DNA of 64,000 nucleotides from Polyangiaceae bacterium (GTDB lineage Bacteria; Myxococcota_A; Polyangia; Polyangiales; Polyangiaceae): NCBI GenBank assembly GCA_965222375.1, contig CBDCTZ010000011.1, positions 96,001 to 160,000 of the forward strand, read 5' to 3'. Shown piece by piece: positions 40,164 to 50,234 of this stretch (position 1 is its first letter; each line of letters starts with the position of its first letter). The notes under the pieces were generated by a model. It saw only the letters and a program-made list of their open reading frames with translations, ran no database searches and was not told where the DNA came from. The position numbers and the translations under genes were made by a program.

Positions 40164-40192
40164 GAGACGCGCCCTCGGGCTGAAGTGTTAAC
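40164..40192 (-). promoter_or_regulatory. Probable ECF-type (autoregulatory) promoter GTTAAC-N17-CGTCTC
   Basis: AAC (plus 40187-40189) and CGT (plus 40167-40169) 17 bp apart upstream of the ECF gene, matching the general AAC/CGT ECF pattern. Confidence 0.5.
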
Positions 40193-40248
40193 CGGCCAAG
40201 GCGTATTCGTGCGCAACCTTCTGAATTATTTGGTCTATTTCTTTCGGC

Positions 40249-40779
40249 CTAACGAAACATCGGCTCCAGGGTACGCGCTAGCTTGTCCTCGGCCCGGGCG
40301 CGGCGTTCCGCTGAGCTGTTTTGGATATTCCGCACCAGAGTCCGGATGTGTTTGCGATCCAGCTCAGGGTGGACTTCCAGAAGTGCGTTGAGCGCCTCGT
40401 TGCCCTGTCCGAGCAGTTTGACGATCCATTCGCGCGCCTGGGCATCGCTGGCCGCACGAGGGCCAAGGGGGTTGACCCGGCCATGCTTTTGCAGTTGGTC
40501 CAGGCGCGCCACGATCGCTGGCCAGTTGTTGCTGCGGAGTTGACCGCGGACAATCCGGAGCTGGCGATTGCGAGCGCCGTGGGAGCGCATGGCCTTGGCG
40601 GATAGGATGGCGTCGAGAACCTCCTCGGGAAGCTCCAGTTTCTCGAGCTTGGCTTCGGAAAGCTCCGACAGGCTCTTGGCCAGGCGAGCCAGAGCGTCTT
40701 CTCGGGTCTTACGCGCCCGTTTGATGTCGCTCCTGGACGTCAGATCTTCGTCGTCTGCGTCGCTTGGGTCGTCCGGCAT
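40249..40779 (-). CDS. darP: Ribosome-associated DarP/YjgA (DUF615) protein
   Basis: SRSDIKR...L..LSEL, ARNRQLRIV, LDRKHIRTLVRN. Confidence 0.8.
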   Translation of the reverse strand: MPDDPSDADDEDLTSRSDIKRARKTREDALARLAKSLSELSEAKLEKLELPEEVLDAILSAKAMRSHGARNRQLRIVRGQLRSNNWPAIVARLDQLQKHGRVNPLGPRAASDAQAREWIVKLLGQGNEALNALLEVHPELDRKHIRTLVRNIQNSSAERRARAEDKLARTLEPMFR

Positions 40780-40868
40780 GCGGCGACTTTGGCATGCCCT
40801 CGGAGATTGCGCACGGTCTGCGCGTAGTTTCCGTTGACCTTTGGCCGACAACGACGCGAGATCTCTCC

Positions 40869-41891
40869 ATGCGGCCCTGGTCCAAGCCTCTGGCTAGCAA
40901 GATCGAAAAGCGTGTCATCGATAGCGAGGCGCTCCGCGACAATCATCTGGGCGATCCTCATGAACGGCCAGTTTGGGTGCAGCTGCCTCCAGCCTATGCA
41001 GCGGATACCACGCGGCGTTTCCCTGTCGTTTACCAACTCATGGGTCTGACGGGGCAAGTCGATATGTGGGAAAACCGCGCGCCGTTCCGCATGAACGTGC
41101 TGGAACTCTTCGATGATGTGCTGCAGCGGGAAGATGTGCCTCCCTGCATCGTCGTCTACGTGGACTGCTGGACTCGACTCGGTGGCAGCCAGTATGTCGA
41201 CTCACCTGGAACCGGGCGCTACCAGACGTACCTTTGCGATGAGGTGGTTCCTTTCGTGGACGCCGAGTACCGCACTCTCGCCTCGAACGCCCACCGTGGT
41301 GTGCAAGGCAAGTCCAGCGGTGGCTATGGCGCGATGATCGTGCCCATGTGCCGCCCCGATGTTTTTTCCGGGCTGGCCACCCATGCCGGAGATGCGCTGT
41401 TCGAGAACTGCTTCCTGCCGGGCTTTGCGCAGTGCGCACGCGCGTTGCGCGATGACTACCATGGCTCTTTCGACGAGTTTTGGAAGAGCTTCTACGGCCG
41501 ACCGCCCTTCAGCCGGGAGAGCGACATGCCGATGCTCAACACCTGGTGTATGGCGGCCTGTTTTTCGGCGGACGCCGACGGCAGCGTACAGCTACCATTC
41601 GATCCTCGTACCGGCGCGTTGATCCCAGAAATCTGGGAGCGCTGGCTGGCCTGGGATCCGGTACGCATGGTCGAAAAGCACGTCGACGCGCTCCGGGCCA
41701 TGAAGGCCATCTATGTGGACGCGGGCAATCGAGACCAGTGGTTCCTGGATCTCGGCGCGACGGCCTTCGTTCGGCAGCTCGAGCGCAACGGAATATCCAG
41801 CTTCTACTTCGAGTTGTTCAACGCGACCCATACAGCCATCGAGTATCGGTACCCCCTCGCCCTCGAATATTTGGCCAAACGCCTCGCCTGA
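40869..41891 (+). CDS. Putative esterase (alpha/beta hydrolase, Fes-like)
   Basis: LRDNHLGDP, GGSQYVDS, nucleophile GKSSGG, DAG..D, H. Confidence 0.88.
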   Translation: MRPWSKPLASKIEKRVIDSEALRDNHLGDPHERPVWVQLPPAYAADTTRRFPVVYQLMGLTGQVDMWENRAPFRMNVLELFDDVLQREDVPPCIVVYVDCWTRLGGSQYVDSPGTGRYQTYLCDEVVPFVDAEYRTLASNAHRGVQGKSSGGYGAMIVPMCRPDVFSGLATHAGDALFENCFLPGFAQCARALRDDYHGSFDEFWKSFYGRPPFSRESDMPMLNTWCMAACFSADADGSVQLPFDPRTGALIPEIWERWLAWDPVRMVEKHVDALRAMKAIYVDAGNRDQWFLDLGATAFVRQLERNGISSFYFELFNATHTAIEYRYPLALEYLAKRLA

Positions 41892-42183
41892 GAGCTCCGT
41901 GGCTATCGGCCACCTCGTCATCAGCTGCAGAGTGAAGCGAGCGTCACGTTCGCCGCCCTGCGTTTCTGCGCGGCCGCTCGCCTCCATGCTGACACTCGTC
42001 ATGCGCTGGCGGGACGATGTACGTCGAGGTGCGCAGCTTCACGGCTCAGAAAACGTCGACCCGCAGCGTCGCAGGGCCGGCGGCGGGCTCGGGATTTCCG
42101 TGCAGATTGTGCGGACATTTTTGGCGCCGCATGGCTATAGTCATGGGATCTGAAAAACCCACACACCCAAAAGGGGCGAGGTC

Positions 42184-45100
42184 GTGATGGTTCGGTGGAT
42201 TCGTTACAGTTTGTTGTGCGCACTTGCGCCGGTAGCCATTGGCTGCGGGCCCAATACTAACCGCCCACATGATGGGCACGACGTAGCTGGAGAGCTCGGG
42301 GGCATGTCTTCAGACGTCGTAGACACCTACGCGGAGCCCTTGGTCGTGGATTGGAACCCCAATCACAGGACCGATCTGGAAGTCATGATGCGCGATCGCA
42401 TCGCGTTGGTTCGCTATCAGAAGAATGCGATCAAAATGCTCAAGGATTGCTCGATACCTGGTGGCTACGGCTACGTCGGGGTCAGCAAGAAGGAGCAGAT
42501 GATTCAGTATGAAACGGCTGACGAGGTCAAAGCGAATCTGCCGGGCATCATGCAGGCCATGGGCGCCAGCCTGGGCGGGGAGCTGTCCAAGGGCTCGGCC
42601 CTGAATATCGGGCTCGTCATCGTGGGCAAGCGCACCGCGGTTCGTACCCGGGCGGAGCGTGGCGATGCGGAAGGGGATTGCGATGGTGCGACTCATTTCG
42701 TGCGAGGCGCGACCGTTGGTGCCTTCGCGATTCAGTCGGGCAGCAAGAGTAAGGCTGCCACGGTGGCGGGTCTGTTCGGCGCCAGCGTCGAAGCCCAGAC
42801 CTCGAGCAGCAAAGTGGTTGGCACCAAAGATGGCAGCATCGAAAAGTGCGCCAACGCGTCGACGGAAGCGGAAAAGCCGCCGGATGGCTGCACATCGTTG
42901 TTGCGCCTCGAGCTGCGTCCCCTTGGCAAAGAGAAGGTCACCGTCGCCAAGGACGCAGAAGGCAAGCAGGTCGTGGTCGCCGGAGTACCCGAGTGTGAGG
43001 GCAATCTGGTCTGGGACGGCGCAAAGTGTACCCCCAAGACTGCGGCCAAGAAGGGTTATGCCTGCAGTGGTAGGGACGCGGGGCCGTGTCGAACCCAGTG
43101 CGACAAGTCCAACGCCAAGAGTTGTGAGCAGCTGGGCCGGATGTATCGCAGTGCGACCGGTGGCGTTGCCAAGGACATGATCCAGGCCGTGGCCTTCTTC
43201 AAGAAGGCCTGCGACCTAGGCAGCGAGTCGGCGTGCTCGGAGCTGGGCTCCCATGCGCTGCTCGGAGCTGGTCTCCAAAAGGACGAGTACAAGGCCTTCA
43301 AGACCTTCGACAAGGCGTGCCGCCAGGGTGACGGCATGGGCTGCACCTTCCTGGGTCGGATGCATCGCGACGGCATGACATCCAATGCCAAGACGGATCG
43401 GGCGCTGCCGCTCTTCAGCCGCGCTTGCTCCAGTGGTCACGCCCACGGTTGTACCGAGCTGGGTGAGCTCTACGAACGTGGCGTCGGCACGGCCCGCAAC
43501 TACAAGAAGGCGCTCTCTTACTACAAGAAGGCCTGCGTGGGTGACGATGCGGACGGCTGCGCCTACTTGGGCATGATGCACGCCACTGGGCGGGGCACCA
43601 CCTTGGACCGGCTCAAGTCCGTCGAGTTGTTCAAGAAGTCTTGCGAGGCCCGTAGCGCCAAGGGCTGCGTGCAGCTCGGCATTGCACACCAGGTCGGGCG
43701 CGGCGTGCAACGCGACGACAAAGAAGCCGCAAAGCACTACAAGATGGCGTGTGAGCTCTGGGGCGGTGCGGAAGGCTGCGCCCGGCTCGGGCGCGCGATG
43801 ATGTACGGCCGGGGCATCAAGCGCGACAACTACAAAGCCTACCAGTTGATCAAGCAAGGCTGCGACAACAACAGCGGTTATGCCTGCAGCCAGCTCGGCG
43901 AGATCTACGAGTTCGGGCGGGTTCGCAAGTCCCGAGACAAGCTGCGAGCTCTAGAGCATTACCAGCGCGCCTGCGAGCTATTCGATGGCGAAGGCTGCCG
44001 CGTCATCGGCATGCTGTACCAAGCTGGGAACGGCGTCCGCAAGGACGACAAGCGTGCCCACGAGTTCTTCGAGCGCGGTTGCCGAACCGGGCACCCTCGC
44101 AGCTGCTTCCACCTGGCCGCCAACTACTACCAGGGCCGGGGCACAGGCATGGACTACAAGCTGGCCCTCCAGCACTTCGAGCATGCTTGCTCCGGCGAGT
44201 ACGCGCCGGCGTGCTCGGATCTGGGCACGGCGTACCACTTTGGCCGGGGCGTTGCGAAGGACACCAAGAAGGCGGCGGAGCTGTTCGAGCATGCGTGCGA
44301 GCTCGGCAACACCACCGCCTGCAACAACCTGGGCTACTACCACGAGAAAGGCATCGTCACCGATGCGGCCAAGGGGCGCTCCCTCGCGCTCTACGCGAAG
44401 TCCTGTGAGCGGCGCGACGCGCGAGCCTGTGAGCGACTAGCGCGCAAGTACAACTATGGTACCGGCGGAACGAAGAAGGACCCCCTGAAGGCCGTCAAGT
44501 ACTACCGCGCTGCTTGCGACCTGCGGTCCTACAAGTCCTGTAACTCACTGGCCTACGCCATGCGTCGCGGGCGTATGGGCATGAAGCCGAACCCGCGGCA
44601 GGCCCTGAAGCTCTACCAGCGGGCCTGCTACGGGCGCTACACCTCTGCCTGCGAGTCGATGGCCGACATGTACATTCGTGGCAACGGTGTGCCCAAGGAC
44701 GTGAAGAAGGGCATCAGCATTCGCGAACGCTCCTGCCGCCAAGGCAAGAGCATGAGCTGCCGCAACCTTGCGCGCATGTACAAGGACGGCAAGGGGGTAG
44801 AAAAGGACATGAAGAAAGCAGCCACGTTCTATGAAAAGGGCTGCAGCCTGCGCAGTAGCAACGACTGCCGCGAGCTGTCGATGCTGCTCGAATCCGGCAA
44901 GGGCGTGAAGAAGGACGCCAAGAAGGCCGCCAACTTGATGCGGCGAGCTTGTTCCTATGGCAACCGACGCGCCTGTGGCGAGATGGGCTACTTCTACGCT
45001 CGTGGCATCGGTGTCAAAAGGGACCGTGAGAAAGGTCTGAAGCTCTTGCGTCGAGGCTGCGCGCGCTATGGTCGCTGGTACAAGGACAAGAAGCAGAAGA

Positions 45101-45195
45101 TCGAGAAGGTCTGGGCTTGCAAGGCGCTCCGGCGTCTGAACGTTCCGCTAGAGACCAAGGTGAAGGCGCCCAAAGGCGGCTTGGTATCCGGCTGA
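42184..45195 (+). CDS. Large Sel1/Hcp-like Cys-repeat lipoprotein with a beta-rich N-terminal domain
   Basis: Lipobox VAIGC; many 36-aa repeats of the form A..YxKACxxG...C..LG..Y..G.G. Confidence 0.88.
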   Translation: MMVRWIRYSLLCALAPVAIGCGPNTNRPHDGHDVAGELGGMSSDVVDTYAEPLVVDWNPNHRTDLEVMMRDRIALVRYQKNAIKMLKDCSIPGGYGYVGVSKKEQMIQYETADEVKANLPGIMQAMGASLGGELSKGSALNIGLVIVGKRTAVRTRAERGDAEGDCDGATHFVRGATVGAFAIQSGSKSKAATVAGLFGASVEAQTSSSKVVGTKDGSIEKCANASTEAEKPPDGCTSLLRLELRPLGKEKVTVAKDAEGKQVVVAGVPECEGNLVWDGAKCTPKTAAKKGYACSGRDAGPCRTQCDKSNAKSCEQLGRMYRSATGGVAKDMIQAVAFFKKACDLGSESACSELGSHALLGAGLQKDEYKAFKTFDKACRQGDGMGCTFLGRMHRDGMTSNAKTDRALPLFSRACSSGHAHGCTELGELYERGVGTARNYKKALSYYKKACVGDDADGCAYLGMMHATGRGTTLDRLKSVELFKKSCEARSAKGCVQLGIAHQVGRGVQRDDKEAAKHYKMACELWGGAEGCARLGRAMMYGRGIKRDNYKAYQLIKQGCDNNSGYACSQLGEIYEFGRVRKSRDKLRALEHYQRACELFDGEGCRVIGMLYQAGNGVRKDDKRAHEFFERGCRTGHPRSCFHLAANYYQGRGTGMDYKLALQHFEHACSGEYAPACSDLGTAYHFGRGVAKDTKKAAELFEHACELGNTTACNNLGYYHEKGIVTDAAKGRSLALYAKSCERRDARACERLARKYNYGTGGTKKDPLKAVKYYRAACDLRSYKSCNSLAYAMRRGRMGMKPNPRQALKLYQRACYGRYTSACESMADMYIRGNGVPKDVKKGISIRERSCRQGKSMSCRNLARMYKDGKGVEKDMKKAATFYEKGCSLRSSNDCRELSMLLESGKGVKKDAKKAANLMRRACSYGNRRACGEMGYFYARGIGVKRDREKGLKLLRRGCARYGRWYKDKKQKIEKVWACKALRRLNVPLETKVKAPKGGLVSG

Positions 45196-45204
45196 CGGCG
45201 CTTC

Positions 45205-45714
45205 GTGTTCGGCAAGTTCCTCAAGCGCGCCAGCGAGGTACAGCCCCTCGCTGGCGCGGAGCAGCTTCTGGCCGTCGTGCGTCGCGAACTGCCCGAGGCC
45301 GACGACGAAACGGTGCAGGTGGTCGCAGCGATCGCCGGGCTGGTCGGCGTCATTGCGTATGCAGATCGCGACTACTCCGAGGCCGAAGAAGCGAGAGTGC
45401 GCGAGGAGTTGGGGCGTGTTCACGGAATGACGGCCTCCGGCGCAGAGGCCATTTGTGCCGTGCTCCGCGAGCACGTGGTCGAAGTCGCAACGGTGCAAGC
45501 CCCGCGCTACTCGAGAACCCTGCGGGAACTGGCAGATCTCGAGCTCAAGAAGGACGTGCTGCAGCTACTCGTCGAAGTGGCCGCTGCAGACGGCGAGATC
45601 TCCCATTCCGAGGTGACTGTATTACGTCAGACCACCCAGGCCCTCGGGCTCGATCAGGCGGACTACAACGAGGCCCAGGCGGCGCATCGCGACAAGATTT
45701 CGTTCTTGCGCTGA
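45205..45714 (+). CDS. TerB-family protein
   Basis: IAYADRDYSEAE and VAAADGEISHSE duplicated TerB motifs. Confidence 0.8.
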   Translation: MFGKFLKRASEVQPLAGAEQLLAVVRRELPEADDETVQVVAAIAGLVGVIAYADRDYSEAEEARVREELGRVHGMTASGAEAICAVLREHVVEVATVQAPRYSRTLRELADLELKKDVLQLLVEVAAADGEISHSEVTVLRQTTQALGLDQADYNEAQAAHRDKISFLR

Positions 45715-45846
45715 CGCGCTACGGCCACCGGCGACTGGCTCCGCACCGCCCCGCGGGGGTCGACGCAGCCACTTCGCGCTCGCAGCCCGGCCGGACCCGC
45801 GGGTTCGATGTACCACTTCGCGTTTTCAGCCCGGACTGCGAGCAGG

Positions 45847-47358
45847 TTACTTCTGCAGTCTCGCCACGAAGGCTTGATCGTTGTTGAGGGTCTTGATCCA
45901 GCCGGAGGTGAACACGTTGCCACTCAGATCCGTAGTGACCCCGTAGGTGAACTCGATTTTGCTGGTCTGGTGGACCGTCTGCGTCCAGAGCGCCGCGCCG
46001 GTGGTCCCATCAATTTTGTGCACAATGGCTTCGGTGCTGGTCGAGCCTGGCACGATTCCGCCGCCCGCCACGTAGATCACCGGGCCGCTTGCGATGGCGA
46101 TGTTGAGCGGATTGGTCGATCCCGGGTACTGCTCTGTCCATTTGACGTTGCCGCTCGAGTCGTACATGCGCACGTACGGATCGGACTTGGCATATTGCTG
46201 GCAACCGAGTTTGGTCGGTGTCGTGCTGGCGACGTAGATATCACCCGTCGTGAAGTTGGTGACGACGCGCCCACCGGCGGTCTGCTTTTCCCAGACCAGG
46301 TTGCCTCCACCCGTGTACACCCGCACAAACGGATGTGTCGACGTAAATCCCGACACGATCACGCGCCCAAGGGCATCCGTTGCGACTCCGAGGGCCTGGT
46401 CTTGTCCGGAGGTGCCGAATTGGCGGGTCCAGACGTGGTTGCCGGCGGAATCGAGCTTGCGCAGGAAGGCGTCGCTGTTTCCCAGCGCTCCGGCATCTGC
46501 GCCCGCGTCGGCGCCGCCTTCCAACGGACCCCGCGTCCAGCCAGCAACGTAGATGTTGTTGCTGAGATCGGTGGCTACATCGAGGACATAGTCGTCCTCG
46601 GTGGTTCCAAACTGATGGGTCCAGGTTTCGGTTGGCGCAGTGGCGCCATCGCTCAGCTTGAGCACGTAGGAGTCGAACTTGCCCGCGAAGGGGCCGCTGC
46701 CGATCTTTGCGGCAGCCACGCCTGCCACGATCAGGGCACCCGTCCCGTCCACGGTGAGGGTATAGCCCGTGTCCGTGCTGGCGGAGCCGAATTGATGCGT
46801 CCAGATCACATTGCCGCCGCTGCTGTACTTCCGCAGGTACGCGTCCCCGAATGGCAGGTCGTTGGGTCCGAGTTTGCCGCTCGTGCTGCCGCTCACGAAG
46901 ACGTTGCCTGCCGCGTCCGTGGCGACATCTCGCGCGTCATCGTTGACACTAGTGCCGTAAATCTTGTTCCAAGTGACGGTGGTGCCGCCAACTCCGCCCT
47001 GACAACCCGCGTCGGTCAGAGCGCCCCCAGTGCCACCGCCGCCGCCGGTGCCGCCGCCACCCGTGCCGCCGCCACCCGAGGCCGCGTCCGTTCCAGCGTC
47101 GGTGATCGTCCCGCCCGTTGCGGCCGTGCCCCCGGTTCCGCCCGTCGCAGCGGTGCCCCCGGTGCCTCCCGTCGTGGTCCCACCCGTGCCCGTGGAGGCA
47201 TCCATTCCCGCGCCGCCACCCGTGGTGCTGCCACCCGTAGCGCCGGTTCCAGCGCCGCCGCCAGTTGCTCCACCACTGCCGCCACTGCCGCCGTTGTCGT
47301 CGTCGCTGCCGCAAGCGGCGAGGAAGGCCAGGATCACCCCGAGTGCTCGATACTTCAT
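45847..47358 (-). CDS. Lipoprotein with Gly/Thr linker and SBBP beta-propeller repeats
   Basis: Lipobox FLAAC; repeats VATDAAGNVFVSG and DAFLRKLDSAGNHVWTRQFGT. Confidence 0.85.
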   Translation of the reverse strand: MKYRALGVILAFLAACGSDDDNGGSGGSGGATGGGAGTGATGGSTTGGGAGMDASTGTGGTTTGGTGGTAATGGTGGTAATGGTITDAGTDAASGGGGTGGGGTGGGGGTGGALTDAGCQGGVGGTTVTWNKIYGTSVNDDARDVATDAAGNVFVSGSTSGKLGPNDLPFGDAYLRKYSSGGNVIWTHQFGSASTDTGYTLTVDGTGALIVAGVAAAKIGSGPFAGKFDSYVLKLSDGATAPTETWTHQFGTTEDDYVLDVATDLSNNIYVAGWTRGPLEGGADAGADAGALGNSDAFLRKLDSAGNHVWTRQFGTSGQDQALGVATDALGRVIVSGFTSTHPFVRVYTGGGNLVWEKQTAGGRVVTNFTTGDIYVASTTPTKLGCQQYAKSDPYVRMYDSSGNVKWTEQYPGSTNPLNIAIASGPVIYVAGGGIVPGSTSTEAIVHKIDGTTGAALWTQTVHQTSKIEFTYGVTTDLSGNVFTSGWIKTLNNDQAFVARLQK

Positions 47359-47563
47359 ACTTGACCCATATCATCTGGCTCGAGTCCTTGAAAGCCGACG
47401 CGACGTGGCCAGCAACCTGTGCCGCAACTCGAGATGTCAACCGCGTGTTCTGACGCGGCCTATTGCCCGAGCACGCGCCACGCTGTTCAGGACTGCACTA
47501 TCAGCCACGCGTGGACGCGAAGCTTCCGCCGAGCGCATCCCTGCGCGAGCTTCGTCGCCTTCC

Positions 47564-48288
47564 TCAGTTCGAAAGCCCCGCCACGGGGAACGGCTCGCCA
47601 CCTGGCCCGGCCCTGAGCGGGAACGTGTCTTTAACGTTGGGGCAGCCGCTCAACTGGACGTGGAGATCGAGATGCCACACGATCTTGGCGTGGCCGTCGC
47701 CGACGTTGGGCGGCAGATTGCTGAGGGCCGCGAGGGGCAACTTGCCGACGAGCTTGCGCTCGGCGGGTTCAGCAACCAGTTCGATCCGGTGCCGGGCCAG
47801 CTCGTGCGAGCGCTCACGATGCTTTGCCGACGACGCGCCATAGTGCCCGACAGATGCCCCGTAGGAGAGCAGCGTCGACGTTCGCTCATCGACGCGGACG
47901 ACGGCGCTGGCGCCCACGACGCTCTTGAAGCGCTCGACTGGCTGGTCAGCAATGTGACCGCCGCAAGCCGTGTCTCGAGGGAAAATAGATGTCCCTGGTA
48001 CCGGCTCACGCAGCGCGGCGCCGTCAGCTGAAAGGGAAACGTGTTGGTCGCACCCGGATGGAAGGGCCCGGCGTAGACCGATTGGGATGCCAATTGCGCC
48101 CAGCCCGGGTGACCGTCGCTACCCATAGTGAAGGCGTGGACCTCGATCAACAACTCTCCGTTGTCGGGCTGGGCACCAGTGACGGTGAGGTGTCCGGCTA
48201 TCGGCTGCCCAGGTGTGAAGGTCGTGTTCGGGGTATCCAGCTGAATCTGCACCGGGTGCGGACTGGCGACGGCCTTCGGGATCAGCAT
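47564..48288 (-). pseudogene. Arrestin/SpoOM-like protein split across two frames
   Basis: N-part (IQLD...FTPGQPIAG...FPFQLTAP...YQGHLF) and C-part (KIVWHLDLHVQLSGCPNVKDTFPL) lie in different frames; switch near 47920-47980. Confidence 0.5.
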
Positions 48289-48368
48289 GTCGCCAGCTTA
48301 GTCGACGCGGGCGGCATCGAGTCACCGCCGTTTTGGGTGTGCGTAGGTCAGCGGCTTGCTGCTGCGGG

Positions 48369-50126
48369 CTATTCCGCGTGGATCTGTTGGTCGATAGGGG
48401 CTGCGGGCAGCTCCGGGTAGCGCTCACGCATCAGACGGTCGAAGTAGTCGCCGAGGGCGGGCATCTGGCCGACGACGGATCGAAAGTCGTTTCGGCTTAG
48501 CACCATCACATCGACCGGAGTCTTGGCTCGAACCGAGGCGGTGCGCTTAGCGTCCTCCAATAACGCACGCTCCCCGAAGACCTCTTTGGGGCCGAGGGTC
48601 GCGATGACCTCGTTTTCGGCGCCGTTCCCGCCGCCCAGCACCTCCACCTCGCCAGCCACCATCACGTAGACTTCTCGCCCCATATCGCCGGCCCGCACGA
48701 CGAACTCACCGGGTTCGAAGTGATACACGCTCAACCGGTCCAGCTGCGCGACCTGCAGCTGGGTGATGTCCCGCGGGAAGAACAAGTCCAACGTCCAGTC
48801 CAATGCGACCCGCAGCTTGCGCACGAAACCCGGTAGTTTCATCAGGTAGACCGTGCGCCAGGCGAACCAGGCTACGAAGCCTGAGAAGCGAATCCCCATC
48901 ATGTCTGCGACGGCACTGCGGTTGCCCAGGGAGGCCAGCATGCCCAGGGCTTTGAAGGAAAACGGCGTCAGGGGCTTGTCGTCGATGGTCGCAACGATGT
49001 TCCGGGCGCATGTCTCCGCTTGCCGGATCGCGAATTGCGCCGTGGGTGGGCACAGCCCTTCGCCACTCGGACTGGGGACTCCGGCGCAGTCCCCAACCGC
49101 GAAAAAGCGCGACTTGTCCACGCAACGCAGCGTGGCTTCGCAAGCGAAAGCGCCTATTGGCCGCCCGCGGTGCTGCGCCACCTGGAAGTCACCAGCGTCT
49201 AGCGCGTAGGTGACGATGGGATTGGGCGCGTTGCCCACGGTGCACACGAAGGTTCGGCAGGGCAAAGTGCGGCCACCCTTGAGATGCACTGCGTCCGGCG
49301 AGGCGGCGCGAACCCGCTCGCCGAGCACCAGCTCGATTCCCCGCCGCTCGAGCTCACGTCCCGCAGCGTTGCCCAGTTTTTCGGGCATCTCTGGAAGAAC
49401 TCGAGCCGTAGAATGCACGATCTGAAACGTCAGCTCCTCCGGGCGAATGTCTGGGAAGCACCGGCGCGAGCGCTCCACCAACTCCCAGAGTTCACCAATG
49501 GTTTCCACGCCGGAGAAACCTCCACCGGCGACCACGAAAGAGAGCAGCGCACGACGTCGCTGCTCGTTTTCCTCAATCGCGGCTAGCTCCAGGCAGCGTA
49601 GTACGTGATTTTTCAACCGAAACGCGTCGCCTAGGGTCTTCAGCGGCAAGGCGTGCTCTTGCACGCCAGGCATGGTGGAGAAATCGCTCACCTTGCCCAA
49701 GGCAAAGACCAAGTAGTCATAGGCAACCCGGCTCAGTTCCGTCGCTTCACCTTGGCTCACCACCACACTGCGGGTCGCGAAGTCGATGCTGCGCACCCTG
49801 CACAGGCGAAACTTGGTGCTGGGCAGCAACTCCCGAATCGGGTTGACGACATGGGTCGGCGCGATGCCACCCGCGGCTACCTCCGGCAACAGCGGTTGAA
49901 ACGTGAAGTAGTTGTTTTCGCTGAGCAGCTCGACTTCCACATCGTTGCGGCGCTTGAGCAGCTTCGCCAATGCGCGGGCCGTGAACACGCCGCCAAACCC
50001 GCCGCCAAGCACTACAATCCGCAGCGTGCCGGGAGTGGCTTTCGCCAGTCGATCCGCGAGCGCCAGCGCGTTCTGTGGCGACAGCGTTGGCCCCGAGACT
50101 GATTTCTTCCCCTGGGGTGCCGCCAT
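48369..50126 (-). CDS. ndh: Type II NADH dehydrogenase-like flavoprotein fused to a cNMP-binding domain
   Basis: GGGFGG, FQPLL, GGGFSGVE, GDCA, PPTAQFA; C-terminal FGERALL...RTASVRA. Confidence 0.88.
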   Translation of the reverse strand: MAAPQGKKSVSGPTLSPQNALALADRLAKATPGTLRIVVLGGGFGGVFTARALAKLLKRRNDVEVELLSENNYFTFQPLLPEVAAGGIAPTHVVNPIRELLPSTKFRLCRVRSIDFATRSVVVSQGEATELSRVAYDYLVFALGKVSDFSTMPGVQEHALPLKTLGDAFRLKNHVLRCLELAAIEENEQRRRALLSFVVAGGGFSGVETIGELWELVERSRRCFPDIRPEELTFQIVHSTARVLPEMPEKLGNAAGRELERRGIELVLGERVRAASPDAVHLKGGRTLPCRTFVCTVGNAPNPIVTYALDAGDFQVAQHRGRPIGAFACEATLRCVDKSRFFAVGDCAGVPSPSGEGLCPPTAQFAIRQAETCARNIVATIDDKPLTPFSFKALGMLASLGNRSAVADMMGIRFSGFVAWFAWRTVYLMKLPGFVRKLRVALDWTLDLFFPRDITQLQVAQLDRLSVYHFEPGEFVVRAGDMGREVYVMVAGEVEVLGGGNGAENEVIATLGPKEVFGERALLEDAKRTASVRAKTPVDVMVLSRNDFRSVVGQMPALGDYFDRLMRERYPELPAAPIDQQIHAE

Positions 50127-50234
50127 GCAGTCCCTACGCTTCGCAAACCCACTGGGTTACAGCTTCCCCCGCCATGCCGCCAGAAGAGGTCTCCGCCAAA
50201 GCGCCGGGTCACGCCAAGGATCCGCTGCTGAGCG

